Below, piece after piece: positions 26,262-35,612 of a stretch of DNA of 51,809 bases. Position 1 is the stretch's first letter. Each line of letters begins with the position of its first letter. The DNA is taken from assembly GCA_040900015.1 (NCBI GenBank), contig JBBDZS010000022.1, positions 1-51,809 on the forward strand, written 5' to 3'. This stretch comes from Minisyncoccota bacterium. GTDB taxonomy: Bacteria > Patescibacteriota > Minisyncoccia > Phycocordibacterales > UBA9973. Position numbers and translations under genes: made by a program. Under the pieces are notes generated by a model. The model ran no database searches. It had not been told where the DNA came from and saw only the letters and a program-made list of their open reading frames with translations.

Positions 26262-26263
26262 AA

Positions 26264-26374
26264 TTATTGCTTCTGCTTATGCTTAGGATTAACGCAAATC
26301 ACACGCAAATGCCTAGCCCTTCGTACCAGCTTGCAATTGCTGCATATTTTCTTTACGGATGATTTGATTTTCAT
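26264..26374 (-). CDS. rpmJ: 50S ribosomal protein L36 (not in the ORF track; hand-translated)
   Basis: The minus-strand ATG at 26372-26374 gives [36 protein letters not shown], with a TAA at 26264-26266. This is the canonical L36 CxxC..C..H pattern, and the gene sits between infA and rpsM. Confidence 0.9.
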   Translation of the reverse strand: MKIKSSVKKICSNCKLVRRARHLRVICVNPKHKQKQ

Positions 26375-26508
26375 AAAAAATTTAACAAAACAACAAAAAC
26401 AAGGAAAAACCCTTATTTTTTCTACTCTACGCCATATTTAAAACCTAAAATAGACTGTAAGCACTATCATACACCATTCTAAAAAAAACACAAGCGCCAT
26501 CAGGCCAA

Positions 26509-26742
26509 CTATAGCCTTTTGATGATTCTACCCTTGCCTCCGTATTGATCGAGCACTATTTCTACTGTGTCACCGATCAAAACTTTGATTCTATGAAGCC
26601 GCATCTTACCCGAGAGGTATGCGAGTAGTTCTTTTTCTTCTTCTTTGGATCCTTCCATTTTTACCCTAAACAATGTAGACGGCAGGGCTTCAGTGACGAC
26701 GCCTCTACCTATTGCCAATTTTTCATTTTTTGAATCACTCAT
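26509..26742 (-). CDS. infA: Translation initiation factor IF-1
   Basis: S1-like fold sequence GVVTEALPSTLFRV..AYLSGKMRLHRIKVLIGDTV. Position upstream of rpmJ fits. Confidence 0.9.
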   Translation of the reverse strand: MSDSKNEKLAIGRGVVTEALPSTLFRVKMEGSKEEEKELLAYLSGKMRLHRIKVLIGDTVEIVLDQYGGKGRIIKRL

Positions 26743-26754
26743 TTGTATAGTATA

Positions 26755-26783
26755 AATATATCAGAATTTTGTAAAAATGTCAA
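26755..26783 (-). promoter_or_regulatory. Sigma-70-type promoter for infA-rpmJ-rpsM...
   Basis: The minus strand reads TTGACA (26778-26783), a 17-nt spacer, TATATT (26755-26760), then 12 nt to the infA ATG. Confidence 0.5.
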
Positions 26784-26808
26784 AAACAAATCTATCGTGC
26801 TTTTTTTA

Positions 26809-28164
26809 TTATGGGTTATTTACAATTATTTCCAGACCTTCTGGATCCTCCGGTAAGGACATTCGCCAAAACGGACGCAGGCTCAAGTCCGCGGAATCAA
26901 TATTCGAATAATTTGATAAGATGGAATTGAAACTACTCTTGGGTTGACCCAAAATACTGTCCATAAACTCTTCCTCGTTGACCTTCCAGATAAATTTTGC
27001 TTCACCGGATAAGCTAAAGTTTATATTCTTAACATTAGAAAAAGAAATATTTTCCTTATCCGTCAGAGCGAAATTAAGTTCGGCTATGTCTACAATATAA
27101 ACATCGCTACCATCATGGTCTTTTATCGCTTTTCGAGCTATCTCTTTTGTAAGTTTTTCTTCGTTTAGCAATAGTCCGTATAGAGTGCCTTTGACAACAA
27201 TTGGCACAGATCCCTCCTTGGCTCCGTCATAATCTACACTTTCTTCGGTGATATTAAGAATAGCCGCATCCTTAAAAAGAATGAATCCGGAAGGAGTTTG
27301 GTCAGATATTTTCTTGAAAAGCTTGGCCTTTAGGGTGTCTTTCAAACTAGCTGATGTAGAAGCCTTCAGTGCGGGCGTCACAAACGGAAGTTTACCGATG
27401 AGTCCACCGGCTATCGGCCCTTTACTCCTTGCGTAGAATTTTTCGTATTTAGGTGTACCTTTAAATCCGAATATCTTGAAATCTAGTGGCTCGCTGTTGT
27501 AGCTAGGGCCGGGTTCCGCTCCATAAATGTCTACTTCCACACTACCTGGAGAATTGTCGCTCTTTAATCCAGGTATTGTAATCTCTCGGGTCGTCTTATA
27601 TATTTTGCCATTCGAACCCTCGAGTCTAGTATCAATAGACAGTCGCTGGGGAGTAGAACCAAAGTTGTTATATAATATTACCTTACCTTGAGCATTCTCT
27701 CTGACTTCTCTCTCCTCTTCTGCTGTCACATTAAGAGTTTCTTGTCCGGAAATTATTACAAGATCAAACGAAGCACCGGCAGTACTGGGGTCCTTTATTG
27801 CAGAAAAATTATTCTCAAGAGCCAGAACCTCTGTCTTGGGGTTAATGACGATCAGAGCTTTCGAAAACAAGAATGACAAGGCGAAAAGCAAAAACAGTAC
27901 GGCAACGATCGCAATCATCCATAAGCCATATCGTCGTGGAGACTTAGGCTTTCTCGCTGACATCTCCGATCCTATTTTATCTCTTCTTTGTGGTTCAGTT
28001 TTGGACTGAGTGTTTTTTTGAACAATTCTCATCCTCTCTTCTCCTCGAAGGGTATTCACTCCTCTCGGCTCGCGCACCACATCAGCATCCCAAACTTTGG
28101 GCTGAAGCCTTTCTATTTTCTGGGCCTTTTTCTTGACCACATCCTGCATTATCTTTTTGGCCAT
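26809..28164 (-). CDS. Single-pass membrane protein with large extracytoplasmic domain (hypothetical)
   Basis: Basic N-terminus, a TM helix LWMIAIVAVLFLLFALSFLF, then about 340 aa with no recognisable motifs. The start lies 2 nt after the upstream actin-like gene stop. Confidence 0.6.
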   Translation of the reverse strand: MAKKIMQDVVKKKAQKIERLQPKVWDADVVREPRGVNTLRGEERMRIVQKNTQSKTEPQRRDKIGSEMSARKPKSPRRYGLWMIAIVAVLFLLFALSFLFSKALIVINPKTEVLALENNFSAIKDPSTAGASFDLVIISGQETLNVTAEEEREVRENAQGKVILYNNFGSTPQRLSIDTRLEGSNGKIYKTTREITIPGLKSDNSPGSVEVDIYGAEPGPSYNSEPLDFKIFGFKGTPKYEKFYARSKGPIAGGLIGKLPFVTPALKASTSASLKDTLKAKLFKKISDQTPSGFILFKDAAILNITEESVDYDGAKEGSVPIVVKGTLYGLLLNEEKLTKEIARKAIKDHDGSDVYIVDIAELNFALTDKENISFSNVKNINFSLSGEAKFIWKVNEEEFMDSILGQPKSSFNSILSNYSNIDSADLSLRPFWRMSLPEDPEGLEIIVNNP

Positions 28165-28166
28165 AA

Positions 28167-29348
28167 TTATATTTTATTCAAAAAACGATTAATGTAAATA
28201 GCGTCTAGAATCAAAAACGGGTCCCGAACGACGGACTCCTCATAAATGGCTGCTCCATGCAAGGACCGAGTGTTTAGAAAAATTATCTGAAACTTAGAAT
28301 TTGTAAGTGTGTATTGGTTGAATTGTTCGTTTCGAATAATATCGGCGAAAAATTCCTCATATGGGGCATTAACGGCCAGAAATATGGCGGCAGGAACAGA
28401 GATGTCGTTAGAGAGATTGGCAAGCGTGCTCTGGAAATTTTTCAGCCATTCTACTTTTATATCCTTCAGTGCCACCTCTAACTTCTTCACAACTGTTTCT
28501 GCGGCGTGCCCTTCCTGATATAACGAAAACAGTGTGTGCGCTTCGTTTGGGCCGACACCGAGAGATTTGGACAAAGCACGAATCACAGCATTATGACCAA
28601 TAGGATAGGAAACTGACTCTCGGAGGACATTTTTCTTTACCATAGTTATATCAGTGACTTCCCCACCGATATCCATCAAAAGAAAATTGTCCTGGTGCAC
28701 ATACATATCCCGTACTGCCACAAATGAAGTCATAACAAACGAAGTAAATTTTATTTCTCGGTGATGAAAATGTGTTTTGATAGATTTTTCAAATGCCTGA
28801 AGTACTCTCTCCTCACTCATAGATATAAAGATATCCATCTGGAGTTCTTTCACGCTCTGGGCTAATGGCTCAATAGTTTCATACCCATTTAGGGTGGTCT
28901 TGATATTTTTTAGTTCGATAGGGCGAAAGTGATGTTCTGTGTCAGAGTATTCTTTTATATATTCCTCCTCGAATAAGGCGACTTCTCGTGCAATAAGACT
29001 GTCCGCGAATTTACTGGTAAAAATAAAAGGTGTATTTTTTTCGAGCCGAACCACCCGAGTCTGTGAGACATACCAACTGGAAGACAATACGCAAAAAATT
29101 TTGGATGGAGCGCCTAGCCCCGCCTTGAGCGCTTTGTCGGCGACCACTTCGAGTGCCTGACTAGCCTCCAATAGCAAACGATCGAAGGTGACTTCGTCTG
29201 CGATAGACAAATGCTCCCTCACTGAAAAAATAATTTGAGGCACATTACCCACCGAAGAATAAAACAAAGCCGCACCTACCGAAGAAGAAGCGACATCTAG
29301 AGCCAGGATCAACTCATCTTTATTCTTATTGCCAGAAAAAATTCCCAT
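28167..29348 (-). CDS. Actin-like ATPase (FtsA/PilM-type ASKHA fold), function unclear
   Basis: Phosphate-1-like LALDVASSSVGAAL and phosphate-2-like LLMDIGGEVTDITMV. Size of 393 aa fits. Confidence 0.5.
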   Translation of the reverse strand: MGIFSGNKNKDELILALDVASSSVGAALFYSSVGNVPQIIFSVREHLSIADEVTFDRLLLEASQALEVVADKALKAGLGAPSKIFCVLSSSWYVSQTRVVRLEKNTPFIFTSKFADSLIAREVALFEEEYIKEYSDTEHHFRPIELKNIKTTLNGYETIEPLAQSVKELQMDIFISMSEERVLQAFEKSIKTHFHHREIKFTSFVMTSFVAVRDMYVHQDNFLLMDIGGEVTDITMVKKNVLRESVSYPIGHNAVIRALSKSLGVGPNEAHTLFSLYQEGHAAETVVKKLEVALKDIKVEWLKNFQSTLANLSNDISVPAAIFLAVNAPYEEFFADIIRNEQFNQYTLTNSKFQIIFLNTRSLHGAAIYEESVVRDPFLILDAIYINRFLNKI

Positions 29349-29361
29349 TTGTTTTATTGTA

Positions 29362-31107
29362 TCACAAAAGCACCGCTTTTATTCTTCGGACGCCAGAAGA
29401 AACTGCCTCTTCTTTCTGTATTTTGAACGCGCCCAGAGTGCTGGTGTTTTCTACATGGGGTCCACCACAAAACTCCTTAGATAAAGCATTACCAGCTTGG
29501 TCTTCAATAAAGTAAACAGAAACTATTTCTGGGTACTTCGCGCCAAACTCCATCTCCGCACCTATCTTCTCGGCCTCAGTAAGTGGCATCTCGCGACGAA
29601 CAACTCTAAGGCTATTGGCAATCTTATCATTTACCCATTCCTCCACCTTTTTCTTTTCCTCCTCGCTGAGCTTGTGGTCGCACATAAAATCCAGGCGTAG
29701 TCTTTCTTCGGTGATGTTGCTACCCCGCTGTTTGATTTCGCTTCCCACGATAGCCTGCAATCCAGCAAGCAGTAAATGATGCGCAGTATGTAGTTTGATA
29801 GTCTTTTCATTGTGGTTAGCCAGTCCGCCCTTAAACATACCGGCGGATGCAGTCTGAGATAACTTTTGATGTTCGGATATCTTTTTATAAAAATCTTCTA
29901 GGTCTACATCTCGCCCACTTTCTTTTGCCAGTTCCAAAGTAAGCTCGATAGGAAAGCCGTAAGTAGTAGCGAGTATGAACGGATCTATACCTTTTTCAAA
30001 TTCCTTCATCCCTGATCGCAAAGTGTTTAAAAAATTTTCTTCTTCTTTTTTGAAAATACCTTGAATGTCTACATTCTGTAATTGCTCATAAGTGCCGGAA
30101 TATACATCAATAAAATAATTAATTATCTCTACCCCGACCAGTGAGTTTGGCATCAAACTTTTCATTTTAAAAACCGCTCTTCGTATCAACCTACGCAGTA
30201 CATACCCCTGATCCTTATTACCCGGAATAACTCCGTCAGAAATTAAAAAAGCGGAGCTTCTCAGATGGTCAGCTATTATTCTAGCCGTTTTTTCATCGTA
30301 ATTTACGGAATTCTTTTTTATTATCTCCATTACTGGTAGAAAAATATCCGTTTCATATATACTTTGCTTACCTTGGACAACCGTAGTCACTCGTTCGAGC
30401 CCAGCGCCTGTGTCCACATTTTTGTTTGGAAGCTCGCCAACCACCTTCCCTTCTTCTTGCTTATAGGCCATAAAAACATCGTTCCATATTTCGACAACCT
30501 TTTGCGCATCTTCAGCTGACTCAAACTGTTCCTGATTCATATCACCAAGCATTCCAGTGAGGTCGTAAAACATTTCTGTGGACGGTCCTGCGGGTGAATT
30601 TGAACCTGCGCTCCACCAGTTGGATTTGGAACTTTTAAAATATATCCGATGCTCGGGTATGCCGAGAGATTTCCATATCTTCACAGATTCTGCATCACGG
30701 GGTACTGCTTCGCTCCCACCGAACACAGTAATATATAGTCTGTTTGTCTCCAGCCCTAGACCTTCCTCTTTTGAGATCAAAAATTCGTAGCTCCATTTAA
30801 TAGCGTCTTCTTTAAAATAATCCCCCAGAGACCAGTTGCCCATCATTTCGAAAAAAGTAAGGTGAGTATTATCCCCGACTTCTTCCAGGTCGACTGTACG
30901 GATACATTTCTGAATATTTACCAACCGTTTTCCGCTCGGATGCTTTTCTCCCAAGAGATACGGCATAAGGGGCTGCATTCCGGCTATGTTGAATAAGACC
31001 GATGGATCATTCTCCGGCACTAAGGAAGCAGAAGGGATAATCTTATGTCCCCGATCCTCGAAAAATTTTAAAAATCTTAATCTTATTTCTGCCGATGATA
31101 AATTCAT
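29362..31107 (-). CDS. alaS: Alanine--tRNA ligase, short form lacking the C-Ala domain
   Basis: RFLKFFEDRGH, FNIAGMQP, FFEMMGNWSLGDYFK, editing-domain HTAHHLL and CGGPHV. The protein ends right after the editing core, at 581 aa. Confidence 0.9.
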   Translation of the reverse strand: MNLSSAEIRLRFLKFFEDRGHKIIPSASLVPENDPSVLFNIAGMQPLMPYLLGEKHPSGKRLVNIQKCIRTVDLEEVGDNTHLTFFEMMGNWSLGDYFKEDAIKWSYEFLISKEEGLGLETNRLYITVFGGSEAVPRDAESVKIWKSLGIPEHRIYFKSSKSNWWSAGSNSPAGPSTEMFYDLTGMLGDMNQEQFESAEDAQKVVEIWNDVFMAYKQEEGKVVGELPNKNVDTGAGLERVTTVVQGKQSIYETDIFLPVMEIIKKNSVNYDEKTARIIADHLRSSAFLISDGVIPGNKDQGYVLRRLIRRAVFKMKSLMPNSLVGVEIINYFIDVYSGTYEQLQNVDIQGIFKKEEENFLNTLRSGMKEFEKGIDPFILATTYGFPIELTLELAKESGRDVDLEDFYKKISEHQKLSQTASAGMFKGGLANHNEKTIKLHTAHHLLLAGLQAIVGSEIKQRGSNITEERLRLDFMCDHKLSEEEKKKVEEWVNDKIANSLRVVRREMPLTEAEKIGAEMEFGAKYPEIVSVYFIEDQAGNALSKEFCGGPHVENTSTLGAFKIQKEEAVSSGVRRIKAVLL

Positions 31108-31113
31108 ATCCTT

Positions 31114-31581
31114 TTATTTTTGCGGGTCTAACTGGTCTGAAATTTTCCGGAGAGGTCGTTCGATCAAATTGACTATCAGGAACACGAAAAGCACGAGAGC
31201 TGTAGCTATAACAGCCAGGCTATAAAACCCGAAACCGGCTGCCATGCCGATACCCGCAGTAATCCAGAGTCCGCCAGCTGTAGTAAGCCCGCGAAGCTGG
31301 GAGCCTTGCAACATTATCGAGCCTGCACCAAGAAACCCGATACCTACGATAACCTGGGAAGCGATACGAGTCGGATCAAATCCGCCTATATCCATATACT
31401 TTATGGATATCATTTCTGAAATAATGACGAACACTGCTGCTCCGAGGGAGACAAGAGAATGAGTTTTCATTCCCGCATCTTTATGCACTAGTATTCTCTC
31501 GGCACCAATGGTCAAACCTAAAATTAAAGCTACGAATAATCTAATAATAATCTCGCTGTTTCCTACAAAGAAATCAATCAT
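31114..31581 (-). CDS. MgtC/SapB family membrane protein
   Basis: ALILGLTIGAER...AGMKTHSLVSLGAA and GLTTAGGLW motifs. 155 aa with 4-5 TM helices. Confidence 0.75.
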   Translation of the reverse strand: MIDFFVGNSEIIIRLFVALILGLTIGAERILVHKDAGMKTHSLVSLGAAVFVIISEMISIKYMDIGGFDPTRIASQVIVGIGFLGAGSIMLQGSQLRGLTTAGGLWITAGIGMAAGFGFYSLAVIATALVLFVFLIVNLIERPLRKISDQLDPQK

Positions 31582-31621
31582 AAATTCATTATATAACTAC
31601 GATAGGCAAAAGAAAAGCAGG

Positions 31622-32749
31622 CTATTTCACCACTCCCCCGCCCAAGCAAACATCCTTGTCGTATACTACCACCGACTGGCCAGAAGCAACCATAACCGAC
31701 CTTTGAAAAATTACTTGCGCAAGGTTCGACTTTGCACAAATTATAGTACAAGGTAAGAAATCGCCATGATAACGCACTTGAGCTGTATATATTTTATCTG
31801 CTTTCGGTTGTAAAAAAATCCAGTTTGTATTTTCTATTCTAATGTTCGTTAGAACTTTAGAATGAGAATATGTTGAATTTTGGGATACTATTAGGATATT
31901 TTTCTTTAAATCCTTGGCTACTACATAATACGGTCCGTCGTTGGGGCTTTTCTTGGTTACGGTAAATCCATGCCTTTCGCCCAAGGTATGGAAAACTGCG
32001 CCCATGTGCCAGCCGATAATTTTGCCTTTCTCGTTGACTACCTTGCTTTTTTTTTCTTTTATATAGTGTTTCAAAAATTCTTTGAGATCTATCGCCCCCA
32101 AAAAACATATCCCTTGACTATCCTTTTTTTTCGCGACTGGCAATTTGAATTTTTTAGCAAGAGTACGAACTTCAGTCTTTTTCAAATGTCCGACTGGAAA
32201 CAATATCTTACTTAGTTGTTCCTGTCTCAATGTCCAAAGAAAATAGCTTTGATCTTTTGAAACATCTTTGCCCTTTAAAAGTAAAGAATCGTAAGATTTC
32301 TGACCGCGGAAGGTTCCGCCCGCAGGGTGGAGGAAAGCGAAAGAAATTTTATGATTCTTTACTTTTGCATAGTGTCCAGTCGCTACAAAATCTGCACCCA
32401 TCTTAAGAGACTTTTTTAAGAAAGCGCCGAATTTGACCTCCTTGTTGCACATCACATCCGGGTTTGGTGTCCGCCCGGCCTTGTATTCCGAGATCATATA
32501 ATCCGCCACCTCCCTCTTGTAAACATCTTCTAGGTCAAAAATAAGGAAAGGAATATCCAGATGAGCGGCCACCCGCATCGCATCGCGGCGCTCTTCCTCC
32601 TCGTTGCACTCCAGAAAATCTGGATGCCAGGTGCGGATAAAAACCCCAACGACATCAAAGCCCTGGTTCTGCAGAAGCGCCGCGGCAACTCCGGAATCCA
32701 CTCCGCCGGAAAGACCCACAAAGACTGTTTTATTTGCAGTTTTTTTCAT
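31622..32749 (-). CDS. mnmA: tRNA-specific 2-thiouridylase MnmA
   Basis: PP-loop VGLSGGVDSGVAA, CN..VKF, and KDQSYFL. The ATG at 32749 is preferred; the ORF-track GTG at 32761 is the alternative. Confidence 0.9.
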   Translation of the reverse strand: MKKTANKTVFVGLSGGVDSGVAAALLQNQGFDVVGVFIRTWHPDFLECNEEEERRDAMRVAAHLDIPFLIFDLEDVYKREVADYMISEYKAGRTPNPDVMCNKEVKFGAFLKKSLKMGADFVATGHYAKVKNHKISFAFLHPAGGTFRGQKSYDSLLLKGKDVSKDQSYFLWTLRQEQLSKILFPVGHLKKTEVRTLAKKFKLPVAKKKDSQGICFLGAIDLKEFLKHYIKEKKSKVVNEKGKIIGWHMGAVFHTLGERHGFTVTKKSPNDGPYYVVAKDLKKNILIVSQNSTYSHSKVLTNIRIENTNWIFLQPKADKIYTAQVRYHGDFLPCTIICAKSNLAQVIFQRSVMVASGQSVVVYDKDVCLGGGVVK

Positions 32750-32769
32750 AAGCAGAGCCACGGACGATT

Positions 32770-33297
32770 CTACAGACTCATTAGTTTTTTGTAAAGCTCA
32801 TGGGTGGCCCGGGCGTCCGAGAGAGCGGTATGCGCTTTCTCGTTTACGATGCCGAAGCGCTCGCACATTTCGCGCAGAGAGAAACGCTCCACATCAACTT
32901 CCTTATGCAGTTTGGCCCAGGCAATCGATATGGTATCGAGCCTGTGGTAGTGCATCGGGTTCGGCAATTCCAGCTTATTGAAAGCATACTCTAAGAAACC
33001 GAAATCGAAGGCCACATTCTGCCCTACCATAATGCAGTCTTTTACTTTGCGGGTAAATATCTCCATCGCAGATGCAAGCGTAAGCGCCCCCTTCCACAAA
33101 ACTGGATCATAGTGATTTACTTTCAGAGCGGTAGGGTCAGCGGTTGCAATGTTTTCCGGTTTTATTTTTAAATCAAATTCATCGAGAATATTAAGGTCGG
33201 GGTCGGTGATAACGCAACCAATCTCAATAATCTCATGGTGAATCAAGTTCAACCCTGTCGTCTCCAAGTCTATAAAAGCAAGATTATGTTTGCGCAT
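32770..33297 (-). CDS. DEDDh 3'-5' exonuclease (DnaQ/epsilon-like)
   Basis: ExoI FIDLETTGL, ExoII VGQNVAFDFGFL, ExoIII HTALSDARATHELY. Confidence 0.8.
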   Translation of the reverse strand: MRKHNLAFIDLETTGLNLIHHEIIEIGCVITDPDLNILDEFDLKIKPENIATADPTALKVNHYDPVLWKGALTLASAMEIFTRKVKDCIMVGQNVAFDFGFLEYAFNKLELPNPMHYHRLDTISIAWAKLHKEVDVERFSLREMCERFGIVNEKAHTALSDARATHELYKKLMSL

Positions 33298-33326
33298 TAA
33301 TACAATTATAACATATGCCTGCGCTC

Positions 33327-34274
33327 TTATTTTAGATACCTGGCGATATTTCTTTTATGCTCTTCGAAATTCCTGGCGTAATATGTATTGCCATCCTTGC
33401 CGTGAATATAATATAGATATGGAGAAGTTTCGGGATGTATTGCTGCAATAATAGATTTAAGTCCAGGATTACCTAGAGGCCCGTCGGGCAAACCTTTACG
33501 CTCGTAGGTTTCTGGCGCAGCGTCAGCCTGGAGCGGCATACCAATCGAAAGTCTTTTCCATAAAATTCCTGATATTATTGCCCTATCTCCGTCGCCCTTG
33601 GCTTCTTTCTCCAGAAGGGCCGCCATATTTATTATGTCTTCCTCACTTTTCTTTACAGAAAGCATTTCGCTCCGAAGAGGAGCCACCTTTTTCTCGTAGT
33701 TGGCTTGCATAGTTTTGATAACCTTATCTTCAGTGTCGGTCGGGAAAAAGAAGTAAGTATCCGGAAACAGATAACCTTCTTCTCCTCTAGTAAGAGTAAG
33801 AAACTTTTCTTTGTTGAAATATGGAAGCTTGAGAGAAAGCGCCTCCGACATCTCGCCTAGGTTTTGCCCTTCAGGAATAGTCACCTTAAAAGCGAGCAGT
33901 CTGTGATCACCCTCGCTGAACCGTCTGGCCACTTCATAGACCGGCAATGTTTTAGAAAAGAAATAACTGGAAGCAATGACGCGTTTCTCACCTCCAAAAA
34001 GAATCACAAAAGCTTCGAAGCTTGTCCGAGAACGAATCACTCCTTGATTTTTAAGCTCGAGTGAGACTTGTCTTAATCCTGAACCGAACTCTATACTTAC
34101 AATACTTCCTTCGGGGAAATTTCTCGGCGCACTTAGAAGAAAAAAATATAACAATATTAAGCCCGAAAATAGAATAACAGCATAAATGGCGCTACGAGAC
34201 AATGTTCTCTTTTTGGGCGATATATCGCCCAAACCACTTTCAGTATTTGATAAGAATGGATCCTTGGTATCCAT
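33327..34274 (-). CDS. mltG: Endolytic murein transglycosylase MltG (YceG-like)
   Basis: N-terminal TM helix, VTIPEG, ASLLEKE-like AALLEKEAKG, and LQADA..Y near the C-terminus. Confidence 0.8.
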   Translation of the reverse strand: MDTKDPFLSNTESGLGDISPKKRTLSRSAIYAVILFSGLILLYFFLLSAPRNFPEGSIVSIEFGSGLRQVSLELKNQGVIRSRTSFEAFVILFGGEKRVIASSYFFSKTLPVYEVARRFSEGDHRLLAFKVTIPEGQNLGEMSEALSLKLPYFNKEKFLTLTRGEEGYLFPDTYFFFPTDTEDKVIKTMQANYEKKVAPLRSEMLSVKKSEEDIINMAALLEKEAKGDGDRAIISGILWKRLSIGMPLQADAAPETYERKGLPDGPLGNPGLKSIIAAIHPETSPYLYYIHGKDGNTYYARNFEEHKRNIARYLK

Positions 34275-34275
34275 A

Positions 34276-35598
34276 TTATATAGGTAGATTGGTTGGCGGC
34301 GATGCCTCCTTGGACTCTATACGCTCTAGGGTTGGAACTTTCAATATCTGACCTGGGAAGTGCCACAAGGTAGCCAGCTCCTCCACATTGAGTACAAAAG
34401 TTTGATGATGTTTGTAGGCAAGGAAAAATCGGGAGATCGGCCAGTGCATCCAAAGCGCGTGTTCAGAAAATAAGTGATGTCGGAGAGGCACATGATAAAA
34501 AGATCTTTCTTGATACTCATGGACGACCCTGGCGGTGAGTTTCGTTACTTTATGATCCGGCAAAGTGAAAGTGCCTCCGTAAGCATCGCCTTGTGATGAA
34601 TTCATACGAACAAACTCATTACTGTTGGGCTTGGCGTACTGACGAAAAATCAGGCGGATGTTGCGACGAGTATTCATATTGAAAGACTCTCTTTTGGCCA
34701 CATAGACCAACCTGATACCGGTTTCGAAACCCAGCTTGGTAACCTTCGTCGACATGCCATCCACCAGGTCATCCATATATTTCGGCACGCGGACTTCTCT
34801 TGACATCTCTCCGGGGTGACTGGGACGTTCGCTGTATTTGGTATATGGCTCTAGCATCTTTTTGATTTCCATATCGGCCTGTGTCACCCAATCATGCCAG
34901 GTAAACCATTTTCCGGGAGTTTTGTACGCTTTTTTGGAAGGAGTGATGACTATTTGTACCCATGCCTGTTCTCCTTTCTGCAGGGAACCAAAAAGTTCGA
35001 TTATCGGCGAAATGGGGTCCACTTTGAATTCTTCTTTGGGGTCTTTGTCGAGCCCGAAATCTGTGTAAGTCTTGATCGGATATGCCTCCGGTTTAGCAAG
35101 TCCAAATTCACAACCCCATGCCCTCCAGGCACTATGATCGGAAATATGATCGACTGCCAGGGTGTAATCCTCCACGACCTTTACATGTGCTTGGGGGTAC
35201 TGCGCGTACATTTGGGTTTCGATCAATGACCTTAGGCGGGATGGCGTGCGAAGATAAAAATGCACCTGTCCGTCGATTGACGCGATCTCAAGAGAAAACC
35301 AGAACCAAACAGCTCCCTGCCAGTATTCCTCCTTACCTCCTTTATTACTCCAGTGATAGAGTGCGTTGGTAAAAAAAAGCTCCATCGCCTTGGGAGACCG
35401 GAGTACTTCTCTAGGAGGTATGATCTCAAGCAGTATGAACTCTATGCCAGAAATAAAATCCTGACGGATATAATGAACCCATAGCTTGAAGGCCACCCAT
35501 CCCAAAAAGATAGTTCCAAATAATGGCAATATGTATATAGCGGCCCGGTAGAGAAAAAATATCAGTTCTTCCAAAATCATACCTATATGATAATACAA
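34276..35598 (-). CDS. Membrane-anchored protein of unknown function
   Basis: 440 aa with two N-terminal hydrophobic helices. Then LLEIIPPREVLRSPKAMELFFTNALYHW and a large soluble domain. No catalytic motifs were recognised. Confidence 0.6.
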   Translation of the reverse strand: MYYHIGMILEELIFFLYRAAIYILPLFGTIFLGWVAFKLWVHYIRQDFISGIEFILLEIIPPREVLRSPKAMELFFTNALYHWSNKGGKEEYWQGAVWFWFSLEIASIDGQVHFYLRTPSRLRSLIETQMYAQYPQAHVKVVEDYTLAVDHISDHSAWRAWGCEFGLAKPEAYPIKTYTDFGLDKDPKEEFKVDPISPIIELFGSLQKGEQAWVQIVITPSKKAYKTPGKWFTWHDWVTQADMEIKKMLEPYTKYSERPSHPGEMSREVRVPKYMDDLVDGMSTKVTKLGFETGIRLVYVAKRESFNMNTRRNIRLIFRQYAKPNSNEFVRMNSSQGDAYGGTFTLPDHKVTKLTARVVHEYQERSFYHVPLRHHLFSEHALWMHWPISRFFLAYKHHQTFVLNVEELATLWHFPGQILKVPTLERIESKEASPPTNLPI

Positions 35599-35612
35599 AC
35601 GGATATAAAAAC

